A DNA stretch of 64,000 bases from Octopus vulgaris (lineage: Eukaryota). The translations under genes and the position numbers were made by a program. This document shows, piece after piece, positions 11,985 through 25,290 of this stretch. The notes below the pieces were generated by a model. That model did no database searches. It worked only from the letters and a program-made list of their open reading frames with translations, and had not been told where the DNA came from. Where the stretch lies: contig OX597817.1 in NCBI GenBank assembly GCA_951406725.2, forward strand, positions 34,720,001 to 34,784,000. Reading direction: 5' to 3'. Within the stretch, counting starts at the first letter, position 1, and every line of letters begins with the position of its first letter.

Positions 11985-13997
11985 TAGTATGAAGAATATG
12001 AATAATTTCCGTTGCTATTTGGTTAATGTATATAATGCATTGAGGGGTGTCAACCTGTCGCCAAAGTATATTCTGAAAATGCTTTATACAGTTCCCTTTT
12101 GACCAAGATTTCCAGACAGACATTTTTTTCTGTGCAAGGTAATTACAGTGGGAGCAGTCATTTATAAACACGACTGGAGAAATCAATCTTTTCCACAACG
12201 AACATATATCATGTTAAATATGGTTTTAAAGAGGAGGATAAAAGCTGGCTGAGTGTGGCAATTAAGACATAGTTATTTGGATTTATAGGTTTATCAATTC
12301 GTTTTGTACACCACAGCGAAGAGAAGTGACTTCTTTGAAGTTTATAGAGATCGGAATTACAGCGTTACTATACCACCCCGTCCTCCTTTCTATTAGAACA
12401 AGATCGTTTATTTATATACTCATTAGACTGAATGTGATTAAACGTATATATATATATTCTGGGTTCAATCTCACTGTGTGACTACTTGGGTAAGTATTTA
12501 ATACTATAATCTATGATTTATCGATGTCTTGTAACCAGAATTGGCAAACGGACACTGTGCAAAGTGTGTATGTGTGTGTGTGTGTTTGCGACTAAATTTA
12601 TGATCTCTCAGAATATTCCTTGAAAAGCCATAGTAAAACTTCAACGTCGCTTTGTTCCAATTTTCCTCCTCCTCATAAGTATGTTATTATTTTTTTTTTA
12701 GGTAAAAAAAATCTTATCGTTATTAGCAGCGTAATCATCATAATTCTCATGCTGATGACCGTGTTATTATTATCATCATCATCATGTGTTCAAACGCTGC
12801 CGAGCACAACTTCATTTTTCGTCACCTCGGGGATCCATGCCAATCATTTACTGGAATCGATGTAATCGATTATATTCTTCTCAATAATTTATGATCTTGA
12901 TCCAATTGGACACAAAATATTACATTTCATAATATTGGGAGTTGGGCAATAGATCCCTTGCTTGGTGAAAGCTATACATGCTACAGACATAGGTCTGGTA
13001 GGATACGAACTCGAAGCTACACGCTGTCAGGCAGATGTATCAAAGAAAATCTAATCAAAATAAAATTTGAAATAACACTATTGATTTTTGACATTGTGTA
13101 GATATCGATGAATTTAACAACCTCTAAACAGAAAGTTTGATATGGGATACATTGAGTAAGGGCATAAAACTATGGTTTCTGACCAAGGTTCGTAAGTTCA
13201 AAACCTTGCTTTAAAACAGTGAACGTTGCAATGTATAGTGCGTTTGGATAGTGCTGTTACTTAATTTTTTGTACAGAATGGATCTGTATATGTAATTAGC
13301 TCCTTTGACTAAGAAGGATTGTTATATACCTTTCCTAAAGACGCTATAGATGCATGAGAAGTAAAAACCTCCAAAATAGAAAACTGAAAACGCTGAAAGT
13401 TAAACTTTGAAACATCTTGTGCCTACTATATAACGTTCACATTTATTAAAGGTAAACATTAGATAAATAATTCAAAACATTTTTCAGTCTTTCGTTCAGA
13501 GATTTATTATTGTTCTAAATTTTATTCAGCCAAAAATGATAAAAATCCCTACTTCTTCACTGCTCATTGCAAACTCGGCGAAAATGTATGCTTAAGACAT
13601 CAGAGTAGAATCTCCACAAGTTTTAAAGTAATTCGTGGCTCTGTCCTACAGTCACACATAGTGTCGTTCCCTGTTTATTAGGTAACAATTTAGTTCCGTT
13701 AACTCGAGGAAAGCATTTCCACTTTTTCCAACCTTGCTTCTGTACCAAGTATTAACAGTTAACTTAACACCGTTTTGTTGTTTTTGAAGGTAGCATTCAG
13801 CATGTTAAAATGCAATCATGATATTGATTTCTGAGAGGCGCGAATTTTTGTTGTTGTTTCTGCTACTGCAAAATGGGCCTATTATCAAAGTGATTTCGGC
13901 GTTTTTGTATATCCACGACAACATTGTTCAGTGTGCCCTTCTATTTTTAAAACTGTGTAGTATTTGAGGAAATGGAGCTACTGTGTCTAACACGTTG

Positions 13998-14068
13998 ACA
14001 AAGGAACTATAAATGGTTCAAATGGACAAATAAACAAAGGAACTATAAATGGTTCCTTTGTTTATTTG
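13998..14068. repeat. Direct repeat overlapping a 17-bp perfect hairpin
   Basis: acaaaggaactataaatggttc at 13998 and 14034; stem caaataaacaaaggaac / gttcctttgtttatttg. Confidence 0.85.
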
Positions 14069-16103
14069 AAAGGTATAAATATTCAGAGAGTGCGACGTTC
14101 AAATTATCATCAAAAGCATTAACAATCTAACTAAAGAGTAACGGTTAGTCGCCATGTTGTGTCTCTAGAAGTTCCCTTCTGTTTTACGGTATTAAACTGT
14201 ATTCCCATTCTTTATAAACATGGAGCTTTGTGACTATATATAAAAAAATCAATACTTAAAAAGATAAATAACTTAGTTGTATTTTCTTTTTACAATTATA
14301 TCATTTTTTTTTTGTATCACTCAAACGAGAGAAAAAAAATAACCAACTTTCTAATCTCTGAGTTGGAGTCTAGGAAAGAAGACGACTCCTTCCGCCCCTT
14401 CTTTAGCTTTCTATTCTGTTCTTGCCCTGATATTATCTGTCAAAAACACGTCATCTTAACAGTAATGCTGACTAAGGTGTTGCTATGAATCTCCGACAGC
14501 TTTTTACCCTTTGTAAATCATGTCAAATAAATGGTAGCATTCGTCTCACATTTGAATGGGAGACGATAGTTCAGTCTACATGGGGAATTATTGATAAAGC
14601 TAAATCAGAAACAACAAAGTAGTTATCAAAGTGAACCACAGTCAAACTAATCTATTTAAGTCGTAAACTTACTTTTATTTTGTCTGCTCTTGTATATTTT
14701 CCCTTTTATATTTGCCATTTTGGTAATTCTTTGATTTCTGATCCAAAGAACAGACAAAATTATTTCTTACTTTGTATATGAAATGAAACGTTCCTCAATG
14801 TTATGCTGACATGACCGGAAATTACATCTTCGCTTTGGTTTTAATTTGTTTTATCTCTTAACTATATCTGAATTAGGTTTTCTGTACTTTGTATGGCTCA
14901 TGGCTAAGCTGTATGATTCTGATCAATCCCGATGAATCAAAACTACCAAAATGTCGGTAGTATATCACAACCAAAACGCCATTTAAGGTTTAAATTATCT
15001 ATTAACTAGGTATATTACTCATGTTTATTTTATTGAATGTAGTCCACTTTAACCTGATAGCTACTGAGAATACACAGGTATAAATCATACGTGGTCACAG
15101 GGTACGGATATAAGAAGCTTACACACAAATGTTTTTTTTTTTTTTGGTGGCCTTGCTTGATTCAAGTTCTCATACAGCTCTCAAGACGATATTAGAATAT
15201 ATTTCCACCGCACAGAATCTGACTTGATTTTTTAATATTCTCTGCCAGCTTTTCTGTTAAATTCAAGTTCTGACACTTATTACCAGTTGTATCTTGAGGT
15301 TACTGTACAACGGTTCATCCCATGCCGAGACCGATTCCTTGTTTTCTGTCTCTCTCCCTCACACAAACACACATAAACACACACAGACAAACACACACAA
15401 ACAAACAAGCAAACATATCCAAAACCATGCAGGTATCTTATTGAACTTTATTTACATGATAACGATGGTAGTAGTCCCGAAATCTGATCTTGCGTTATTT
15501 ATATAATTTTTTATCTGGCCATTTATTTACCCATTTATCTGTGCTAATATGTTTATATTTATTCATTTATCATGTTGCTATAAAACCAATATCAATATTT
15601 GTGGAATTTATTCAAAGTGCGAGGTCTTAAAGGGCCAATGAGCAAAGTTGGATCAGAGAAATTACAAGAATCTACATTATCGCAATGATTCGATGAACGA
15701 ACGTTCAATATTTACATGTTACTTACATATGTTCAACTTTGAGTTTCGAGTGTTGCCCTTTAAGAACTTCCGTCAATCTTGTCATAGAACGCTATTGAAC
15801 ATATCCAATGAATGATCTTTCAAAGAGATCAATAATAGCAGAAAGAGAAGAGGCAGATAGGTGAGTGGCTTGAAGTCTTTGAATGCGCCTCTGTGTGTAT
15901 GTGTGTGTGTGTGTGTGTGTGTGTATAAATAAAGGTGCTCATCTTTACTCATTCAACATGAATGCATCCCTTTATAAGTATCTGTATTAAAAGTCAAAAC
16001 ACAAACACATACAGATTTGCTGGTGCAAGGATGAGTGTATATGTGTGTGCATGTATGTTTGCGTATACATAAAAATATAGATATAAAAACATATAAACAA
16101 AGC

Positions 16104-16156
16104 TAATAATAATAATAATGATAATAATAATAATAATAATAATAATAGTAATAATG

Positions 16157-16247
<91 letters not shown>

Positions 16248-16297
16248 TAATAATAATAATAATAATAATGATAATAATAATAATAATAATAATAATG

Positions 16298-16341
<44 letters not shown>

Positions 16342-16342
16342 A
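16104..16342. repeat. (AAT)n microsatellite with periodic GAT interruptions
   Basis: Directly visible. Confidence 0.95.
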
Positions 16343-16515
16343 AAAGCATTCATTATGTTCATAGGTGTGAACGTGTAATTACACTGAAATTCATTTCCAT
16401 CATCACAACTTCGTTCATGCACTCTTCCATCCTCCACACCCCACCCCTCTAACTAGTTTCGTCTCTCCCTCTTTCTCCAAACCCCCTCCCTCATTCTCTG
16501 TACACACACTCTTAC

Positions 16516-16559
<44 letters not shown>

Positions 16560-16682
16560 ACATATGTATATAAGCATATATATACACATCTCATATATCG
16601 ATCCATCTATCTATCTATCCATGCCTATATCTCACGCACATACACACACACTCACATAAGTAGTGAAGTGTATGTGTGTGTG

Positions 16683-16728
<46 letters not shown>

Positions 16729-17592
16729 TGTGTGTGTGTCTGCATTTATATACATATATGTACATGTATGTATGCGTATATATACGCGTGTGTGTGTGTG
16801 TATTTATATTATTGATCTCTGATCAGAAAATTGGTTGAATGTGTACACAATCAGAAATATGCGTGCGTGCGTGTGTGATTTTTTTTTCTCCGTGCGTACG
16901 TGTGTGCGCGCGCACGCGTGCGATTCTGTGAGTATTTGTGTGTATGTGTATGGTGTATATGTGTGTTTTTGTAAATCTCCGAATTGGGCTCTCGTCATGC
17001 AATAGGAGGGAAACACACACAGATTATATCGCTTGTCAGCATCCACTGCATCCACTAAAGCCACATCATTTGTGTAAACAATGAATCTACACCTTTCTCA
17101 ACATATCTCCCGCTGTTGCAGATTTATAAAACACACACACACACATAAATACAAACACACGCACACGCATACATACACGCACACGTGTATACACAAACAT
17201 GCATACATACACCTTCCCTTTTTTTTCTTTCCTCTTTATACTTACTTTTATTTTTTTTTGTTTCTACTGTTCTGTCTTCTTTCTCTCCTTTTTCTCACTC
17301 CATCTCACCAACTCACACTCTCATTCCCTTTTTCTCTTTTTCTCTCTCTTTCTCTCTCTCTTTCTCTCTTTCTTTCTCTCTCTCTCTCTCTCTCGCTCTC
17401 GCTCTCTCAACGCTCTCACGTATACTTTCTTTTCCCGCTCTATCTCTCAATCCCTTAACCTTATGCAAAAAGGCGCAAATTCGTAAGCGTTCCCAGTGCG
17501 GCTATGTGTGGAATGCTGTCACACAACTCACCGACATATCGACAGCATCAACAACAAAAACAACAGCAAAAACAAACAAACCACAATAATCG

Positions 17593-17627
<35 letters not shown>

Positions 17628-18097
17628 CCTCCCTCTCTTCCTATGTCACATCTTTCAGTCACCATCTTTATCATCACATCCTTTATCTCATCTTCTTTCC
17701 TTGTCTCTTCTTTTCTTTCTCGCAGCATGTCTCTCCGCCATCACACTACAAGTCTTTGCCCCTCTGATACATGCCTTCCTTTTTATTTTCAACTCAACGC
17801 TCCACCTGCGCCACTGCTGTCATATAACGTACTCTTCCTCCTCTCTCTCTCTCTGTCTCTATGTCTCTATGTCTCCTTCTTTCTTTCTCTCTCCTGCAAA
17901 CGCGCACATTTTTGTTGTTGTTGTTTTCTTTCTCTCCCGAACCCTCCACCGCACCATTTCCATCTGTAATTCCGTAGTCGTTGATGCCATATGCCAATGC
18001 GACTGCCTACACCCTAAGCTTTGCCATTCGTCACAAAGGGGAACAACGAGGCTTTGGAGTTAACAGCGTGCTGAAGAGAAAGAAGAACTGAACTAAC

Positions 18098-18134
<37 letters not shown>

Positions 18135-18627
18135 GGGAGAGAAAGACTAACAACAACAGAGAGAGCAAAAAGGAAAAAAAGTGCAGCGCAAACCAAAAGA
18201 GGAGTAACGGCAGGAGATGGAGGTGAGGGAGACGAAGGGTGCTGCGATCGAGAAAGAAAATTGGGTGGCAGGGAGAGGGAATAGGTGAAGGGTTGACCAA
18301 CCGCCGGTAAAATCAATTAAAACTGTCAATGCATTCCGTTCATCATTCTACATCCGTCTGTCGTTCATTTCTTCCTTCCTTCCTTCCTTCTTTCATTTTT
18401 TCCATCTTACTGTTTTTTTCTTTCTTTTCGTCTTTCTTCCATTTTCTTTCTCTTCTCTTCTCTTATTTATCTTATTTGTTTTTTTTTTTTTTTTTTGTTT
18501 TTTTGTTTTTACTTTCCCTTTCTTTTCAGTTATCATGCCAAAATTATATTTGCATACTTTCCATTCACTGACAACAATCCAGTGTTTATGTATGGAATAC
18601 ACATACACACAAACACACACACACACA

Positions 18628-18667
<40 letters not shown>

Positions 18668-18937
18668 TTCCTCTGTGTGCGAGTGGGGTAGCGGTGTATA
18701 TATATATGTGTGTGTGTGTATATATATACATGTGCGTATAGACATATATAAATGTGTGCGTAAATAAATCACATCTGTACACATGTAGACATGCACATAT
18801 TTCCACCATCCTGCATATACAAACATATACAAAGAGTGAGAGAGGGGGAGGGAGGGAAGAAAAGAGAGAGAGAGAGAGAGAGAGAGACTAAGTCAAACAG
18901 ACAGACAGACATCTATAAAAAGGCAAAAAGAGTCTGT

Positions 18938-19000
18938 GTGTGATTATGTGAATATTTCTTAATATAGATATATATCTATATCAATCTATCTATCTTTCTG

Positions 19001-19063
<63 letters not shown>

Positions 19064-19080
19064 GTATCTCTATCTCTTGC

Positions 19081-19140
<60 letters not shown>

Positions 19141-19143
19141 AAG

Positions 19144-19214
<71 letters not shown>

Positions 19215-19275
19215 CAGAGAGATAGATAGATTGATAGATATATATCTATATTAAGAAATATTCACATAATCACAC
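18938..19275. repeat. Fold-back palindrome: unique arms plus (TATC)n/(GATA)n around a (TA)n centre
   Basis: gtgtgattatgtgaatatttcttaatatagatatatatctat is mirrored by atagatatatatctatattaagaaatattcacataatcacac. Confidence 0.88.
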
Positions 19276-19498
19276 TTATATATATATATAAAATACACAG
19301 CTTTATTTTGAGATTGCTCGTGTTAACAATATATATATATATATATTTATATATTTATATATATATATATATATATATATGCGCGCGCTCGCACACACAT
19401 ACACACACAGGTACTCTGAATTCGTGTTTGATCTTGAGTAATTGTAACAATGTGTTTAAGAATGCGTTTATTTAAACGCTTAAAGTTGTGTTTATATG

Positions 19499-19574
<76 letters not shown>

Positions 19575-19606
19575 TATATGCATGCACAACATTGTTTATA
19601 TGTATG

Positions 19607-19645
<39 letters not shown>

Positions 19646-20191
19646 CCACTGCCACGTTGATATAAAATATCAAGATTTAAAACGAGTCCCCATGAAAGAT
19701 CAACAAAACAAACAAAGCCATTTGTATATATTTTCTTTTTCACTTTCACCCTCCCTCCCTCTCCATTTTTCTATATCTCTCTCTACCCCTCCTCCTACTC
19801 CCTCTTCACTTCTGCGTATGAGCATATGTGCACGTGTGTCAATATACAAAACACACGTTCATACATACGTATCTACATACATACATATGTATGTGTGTAT
19901 ATGCATTTACATATATGTATGTATATACATATACATATATATATATATAATCATGCATATTTATTGATATGCATGTGTAAATACATATACGTATACATAC
20001 ATACATACATACATACATGCATATATACATATATATACGTATACATACATACATACATACATACATACATACACACATACATATATATACATATATATAT
20101 TTAATCGCACATTTTAATGTCATTTTTATTTATGTATTTATTTATCTTTATAATTCATTATCGTTATCACCATTATCAACATCAATATTAC

Positions 20192-20239
<48 letters not shown>

Positions 20240-20453
20240 CATTATCCTCATCGTCGTCATCATCATCATCATCATCATCATCGTCATCATCATTTAACCC
20301 AAATATTTGTGAATATCTAATCAGTTTTAGTGTTTATATATTGGAAAGAATTTTTCCTTTCCACTTGGATCTGTGCCCTTATTACGATCTATGATAAAAT
20401 TAAAGATAATCAACTTTAAATCGTTTCTTTTTTTCTTTTTCTTCTTCTTTTTA

Positions 20454-20496
<43 letters not shown>

Positions 20497-20863
20497 CCTT
20501 CTTCCTCAGGCACACTCATTCTGCTTTTCTTGTTTTGTTCTTTTTCTCTTTTTTAATATTTTATGCGAAACAATTTACCAAACGATAGTTATCTTTGTTA
20601 TCAAGGAGAATGGAGGATTCTTGTCACAGGGCACAAAACCTGACGTTTATAAGGAAAAGGAGCAAGACAACAAGGGAGACACTAAGTAGTCAGTCAACCT
20701 GCTAGAAATAACCATCAAATCTCTCTTAAATCTTACTATTGTAAGCGCACACGTTAGGTACTATGGCCTTTGTTTCTTTGCACATATGAAAAGGATGGTT
20801 ACAACCAGAATGCATTTTATCTTAGGTTTACTTGATTTGGGCAAAGTAATCGCTAAACAATAA

Positions 20864-21225
20864 CAGGAGTGGATGTGTGGTAAGTAGCTTGCTTACCAAC
20901 CACATAGTTCCGGGTTCAGTCCCACTGCGTGGCACCTTGGGTAAGTGTCTTCCACCATAGCCTCGGGCCAACCAAAGCCTTGTGAGTGGATTTGGTAGAT
21001 TGAAACTGAAAGAAGCCCGTCGTATAAATGTATATGTGTGTGTGTCTGTGTTTGTCCCCCCCACACACACACACACACATCGCTTGACAACCGATGCTGG
21101 TGTGTTTATGGCCCCATAACTTAGTGGTTCGGCAAAAGAGACCGATAGAATAAGTACTAGGCTTACAAAGAATAAGGCGGTACTCCAGCATGGCCGCAGT
21201 CAACTGACTGAAACAAAAGAGTAAA
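20864..21225 (+). mobile_element. SINE family B
   Basis: caggagtgg.tgtgtggtaagtagc head, B-box-like gggttcagtccc, CORE-like accttgggtaagt, family tail. Confidence 0.85.
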
Positions 21226-21564
21226 GCAATAACAACAGCGGAGGAAAAGATGCGTGAGGAAACGGTGATGTTTTTAATGGCGTTTATGAAGTAAATTCAA
21301 GATTCGAGACAATATCATGGTCTGATCGTTGCACTCTGAAGCTCATCATATAAAGAATTCGTATTTATTCTTGCTGTTATTGTTGTTGTATAGCCCCAAA
21401 TCACCTATAATTGTTGCGAATCTATGGAGTGCGGCAAGAGAAACTCCTGGTACTTACTCAAGAGCCAACGGTTTTAAGAGTCAAAACCATATAATTGAAG
21501 TAGTGTAATGCAATGCATTTACTTACCATCTTGCCGTCTTTCAAGGCGTAATTTATGCAAATAT

Positions 21565-21751
21565 AGGCGCAGGAGTGGCTGTGTGGTAAGTAGCTTGCTT
21601 ACCAACCACATGGTTCCGGGTTCAGTCCAACTGGTGGCATCTTGGGCAGGTGTCTTCTACTATAGCCTCGGGCCGACCAAAGCCTTGTGAGTGGATTTGG
21701 TAGCCGGAAACTGAAAGAAGCCCGTCGTATATATATATATATATATTTATT

Positions 21752-21829
<78 letters not shown>

Positions 21830-22036
21830 CGTTTATGAGTCTGTGTTTGTCCCCTAACATCGCTTGACAACCGATGCTGGTGTGTTTACGTCCCCGTAAC
21901 TTAGCGGTTCGGCAAAAGAGATCGATAGAATAAGTACTGGGCTTACAAAGAATAATTCCCGGGGTCGATTTGCTCGACTAAAGGCGGTGCTCCAGCATGG
22001 CCGCAGTCAAATGACTGAAACAAGTAAAAGAGTAAA
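21565..22036 (+). mobile_element. SINE family B, full length
   Basis: Complete head (aggcgcaggagtggc), internal (TA)/(TG) microsatellite and gtaaaaga tail. Confidence 0.88.
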
Positions 22037-22449
22037 TGAAAGGCTTGTAATACAATTAGATTTGTTATTTGAATTCATTGGCATACCTTAAGTATGCATT
22101 GCATGTCTAGCATTCATGCAGAAAACGACTCGGAGTGACCCATAGGTATAGTGTTCCAGATTAACAGGCTTCTCCCAAAGTGAGAACCCTACAGCACACT
22201 CCGACATACAGAGCTGAACCGCATGGGATGCAATGTGATATTGTAGACATGTTTTGTAGTTCATTGTATATGGTGCCGAGCGAAAATTTGGTCACGTAAG
22301 AGAGGTAACCTCTGCACAGTTGATCGATTTGCTAGAAATACAAGTTATATCTCCCTCAAGCCTCACCCAATAGTTTTAAACATTGATAACCCTGTTCTAG
22401 AAGACTGCAGTTCGCATATCAGTATCGATTACTAAGACCGATAGTACCT

Positions 22450-22632
22450 CTGTGTGGTTGTTCAATAAGTTAAAATAGCAGTCACATCTACATTTTATAC
22501 TCTGTCATCTTAAAGAAAAAGTTATGTATTGGATATTATAGCCACTGATGAATAAAAAATACGACGGCCATGGATGAATTATCTTTGATCATAGGCCTAC
22601 TCGATCAGACAGGCCTAGGGCTAAACAACAAC
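22450..22632 (+). mobile_element. SINE-like family D (older). Similar copies near 10030-10135, 20680-20825, 22300-22390, 35255-35395, 35915-36110, 40230-40420, 51980-52160, 61770-61860
   Basis: Shared motifs gctagaaatagcagccaaatctc and tttgatcataggtctgctcgatcagggctgacctggggctaaacaac (degenerate). Confidence 0.6.
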
Positions 22633-22639
22633 TACTGTA

Positions 22640-22940
22640 GTCATGTCAGCCTGACCAGTATCTCAACAAAGTGCTGTAATCGGATGATCTTCAACCGGAA
22701 GAGGGTGCTTATTGACCTCCCTGATATATATATAACAGTTTCCGTAAAAAAACTGGCAATAATCGTGCAATTCCTTCCTCATCTGATAAAATTGAAGAGG
22801 TAAAGGAAAAACATCCTGCCCACTATTTTGATGTTTATCGACTTCAATAAGGCATTTGATTCAATTCAACGAAGAATATGGTCATGTTCTTGAAAGCAAG
22901 CGGAAGTCTACCTCTTCCTTCGAGCCATTGATGTGCGTAC
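22640..22940 (+). pseudogene. Decayed non-LTR reverse transcriptase fragment
   Basis: VSLTSISTKCCNRMIFNR followed by MFIDFNKAFDSI (LINE RT motif), with stops and frameshifts. Confidence 0.7.
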
Positions 22941-23400
22941 ATCTAACAGCCCTCTGAGACCGATAAGACCGATAAAATAAGTGTTAATCATGACATCAGA
23001 TGATTAACTTGACATATCTTTCTTCTAAATTATGTTGTCTTGAACCAAAGTTAAACATTCTCCCCTGAATGGTTACTGAAATGGAAAACAATCTTAATTC
23101 TCAAAACTGCATTTTCCTACAACTTTCTTACCAATAGCCTACAATGCCTTTGCATCAATACGTTGCTGCAGACTGGTTGTTCAGCTGGAGAGCAACAACT
23201 TGTTAAGAGAGCAGTAGAAAGTTGCTTGAAAAAGATGCATATTTTCCAATAGCAACTTCAAGCGTTCAGAGGTATTACGGTTGGTGGTAAAAACAAAAAA
23301 AACAAACTTTAGCATAGCTTGGAAAAATATTTGATAGTGCACCACGCTCTTGGGTGCTACAGAGATTCCATATAAATAAAGTAGCTTCAATACTATCACG

Positions 23401-23648
23401 GTGGAGGCATGTGGCTTAGTGCATAGGGTGTTGGACGCATGGTCGTGAGATTGTGGCTTCGATTCCTGGCCCGGACGACGCATTGTGTTCTTGAGCAAAA
23501 GACTTCATTTCATGTTACTCCTGCCCACTCAGCTGGCAAAAATGAATAATCCTGCGACAGACCGGCGTCCCGTCCGGGTGGGGAATATATACGCCATTAA
23601 AACCGGGAAACTGGCCCTCATGAGCGTGGCATGTCTCGAGAAGGAAAC
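23401..23648 (+). mobile_element. tRNA-derived SINE family C
   Basis: A/B-box head (gtggcttagtg; ttcgattcc) and body cctgcgacagaccggcgtcccgtccgggtgggg, shared with 43277 and 49008. Confidence 0.78.
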
Positions 23649-24240
23649 ATTTCTTTTAATACATAAACCATGCCAATTCGAAACAAAACAGAAACAATTT
23701 GGCCAATTTATAAAAATAAAACAAAGCAGAGAGAATATAATTGAAACTAGGCTTGATAGGAGAGTAACTTTTTTTCTATGAGAATGCCTTTCCTATCTAC
23801 TCTTATAGCCAGCTTTGACTCCACTGACAAATTTGCTGGATGAAACCACCAATGGTTAGAGAAATTAAAATCCGTCTTCTTTTTTGGATGATTAAGCATA
23901 TTTACAAAGGAGAAACCCTCTAAACATCGTCCATAAATTCAGCCAATTTATAAAAATGATTATGAGACTAAACAAATGTACCAAAGATAAAAGGAAAATT
24001 AACAACAAATGAGAACTTTGAAACACAAACACTTCCACTTCTGCAGCACAACTCACACAGTGCACTCTCTCTGCTTACCCTACGCATTTCATATTTCATA
24101 CCATCGTCAGCCAATAAAATAACATAACTCACTCAACACTTACTGTGCAGACTCACCACGCAGTTATATAACACAATCCATACACCACATAATCTACACA
24201 ATCTCCGCCCCAAAAAATAACACATGTATACTCTTGCATA

Positions 24241-25290
24241 ATCGACATCTATTGTTATAAAGCATGCAACACACCACCACCAACTCACACAACTCAAATT
24301 CTGCACAATTTTTTTTTATTTCTTTATAATAAAAAACGCACTTCTTCGGGTTGGGAAATAAGTATTACTAAAAGCATTTAAGAGCACAAAACAACGTTTG
24401 ATCCTGACAGTTATTTTCTAATTCTAACAAGGGACTTGAAAATATTACGGGGTTGCTAGTAGGGGAGTAAACTCGTTCAAGACATTACATGATAGGATTA
24501 TGTCGTCGTTTAGAATGTTTTGTTTGGAAATTTTCTTGTTCTTTCTCTTTTGTTTTTGAAAATTCTACATATAAACATAACAACCTTCAAGATTTCCGCA
24601 GCATACTGATACTCAAAATATTATTATTAGAAATAATTAAATTGCCAGACCAATTGGTAACCACAGCCATGATGTAAAGGTCACTTGTTGCTTCGACTAT
24701 TTTTGATCCGATGGCGTTGATAAAAACCTTCGTTACTTTACCAACAACACCAGTTCTTTCCAGTGTCCCGGCGAATTTGTTTCTTTTGCCATTCTCAGTC
24801 CTTGTCGCATCGCTCTAGGTTGGATCGCACTTCCAGGATGCTGTTTTCAACGAAAGTATGGATGACTGGCTTCCCAGAACCAATGCTATCCAATAATGCA
24901 CAACTCATGCTGTTCATATTCTACACATTTACCCCCAGAGAATATCATGCAAATGAAACATAATGACAGTCAAACAAAATAACACACCCCATAATAGAAA
25001 TATTCTACACAACAAAGAGATGAAAAACTAAAATAACACTAAGAACAAAGGACAAACTCTACAATAAAAATAGCAGAGGCGATGCATGCATTCGCCACTA
25101 CGGCGAAAGTTAGAATTGGAAAATAACTGTCAGGATCAGACGTTGTTTTGTGCTCTTAAATGCTTTTAGTAATACTTATTTCTCAACCTAAAGAAGTGCG
25201 TTTTTCATTATAAAGAAAAAAAATTGTGCGGAATATGAGTTGTGTGAGTTGGTGGTGGTGTGTTGCATGCTTTATAACACTACATGCGAT
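24241..25290. mobile_element. About 1-kb element bounded by long inverted repeats (24241-24428 / 25109-25290)
   Basis: tgttataaagcatgcaacacaccaccacc...ctgacagttattttctaattctaac is mirrored on the right. No clear TSD and no transposase ORF. Confidence 0.75.

Noticed and set aside
15987-16437. Poly-Ile/poly-Leu ORFs (also 522-891, 28238-28524)
   Set aside because: Translations of (AAT)n repeats.
17081-18809. Many overlapping 60-157 aa ORFs
   Set aside because: Low-complexity CT/CA repeat translations with no recognisable domain.
20828-21203. Recurrent ORFs such as RRASFSFRLPNPLTRLWSARG and DGLLSVSVYQIHSQGFG
   Set aside because: Chance translations of SINE family B copies, not a gene family.
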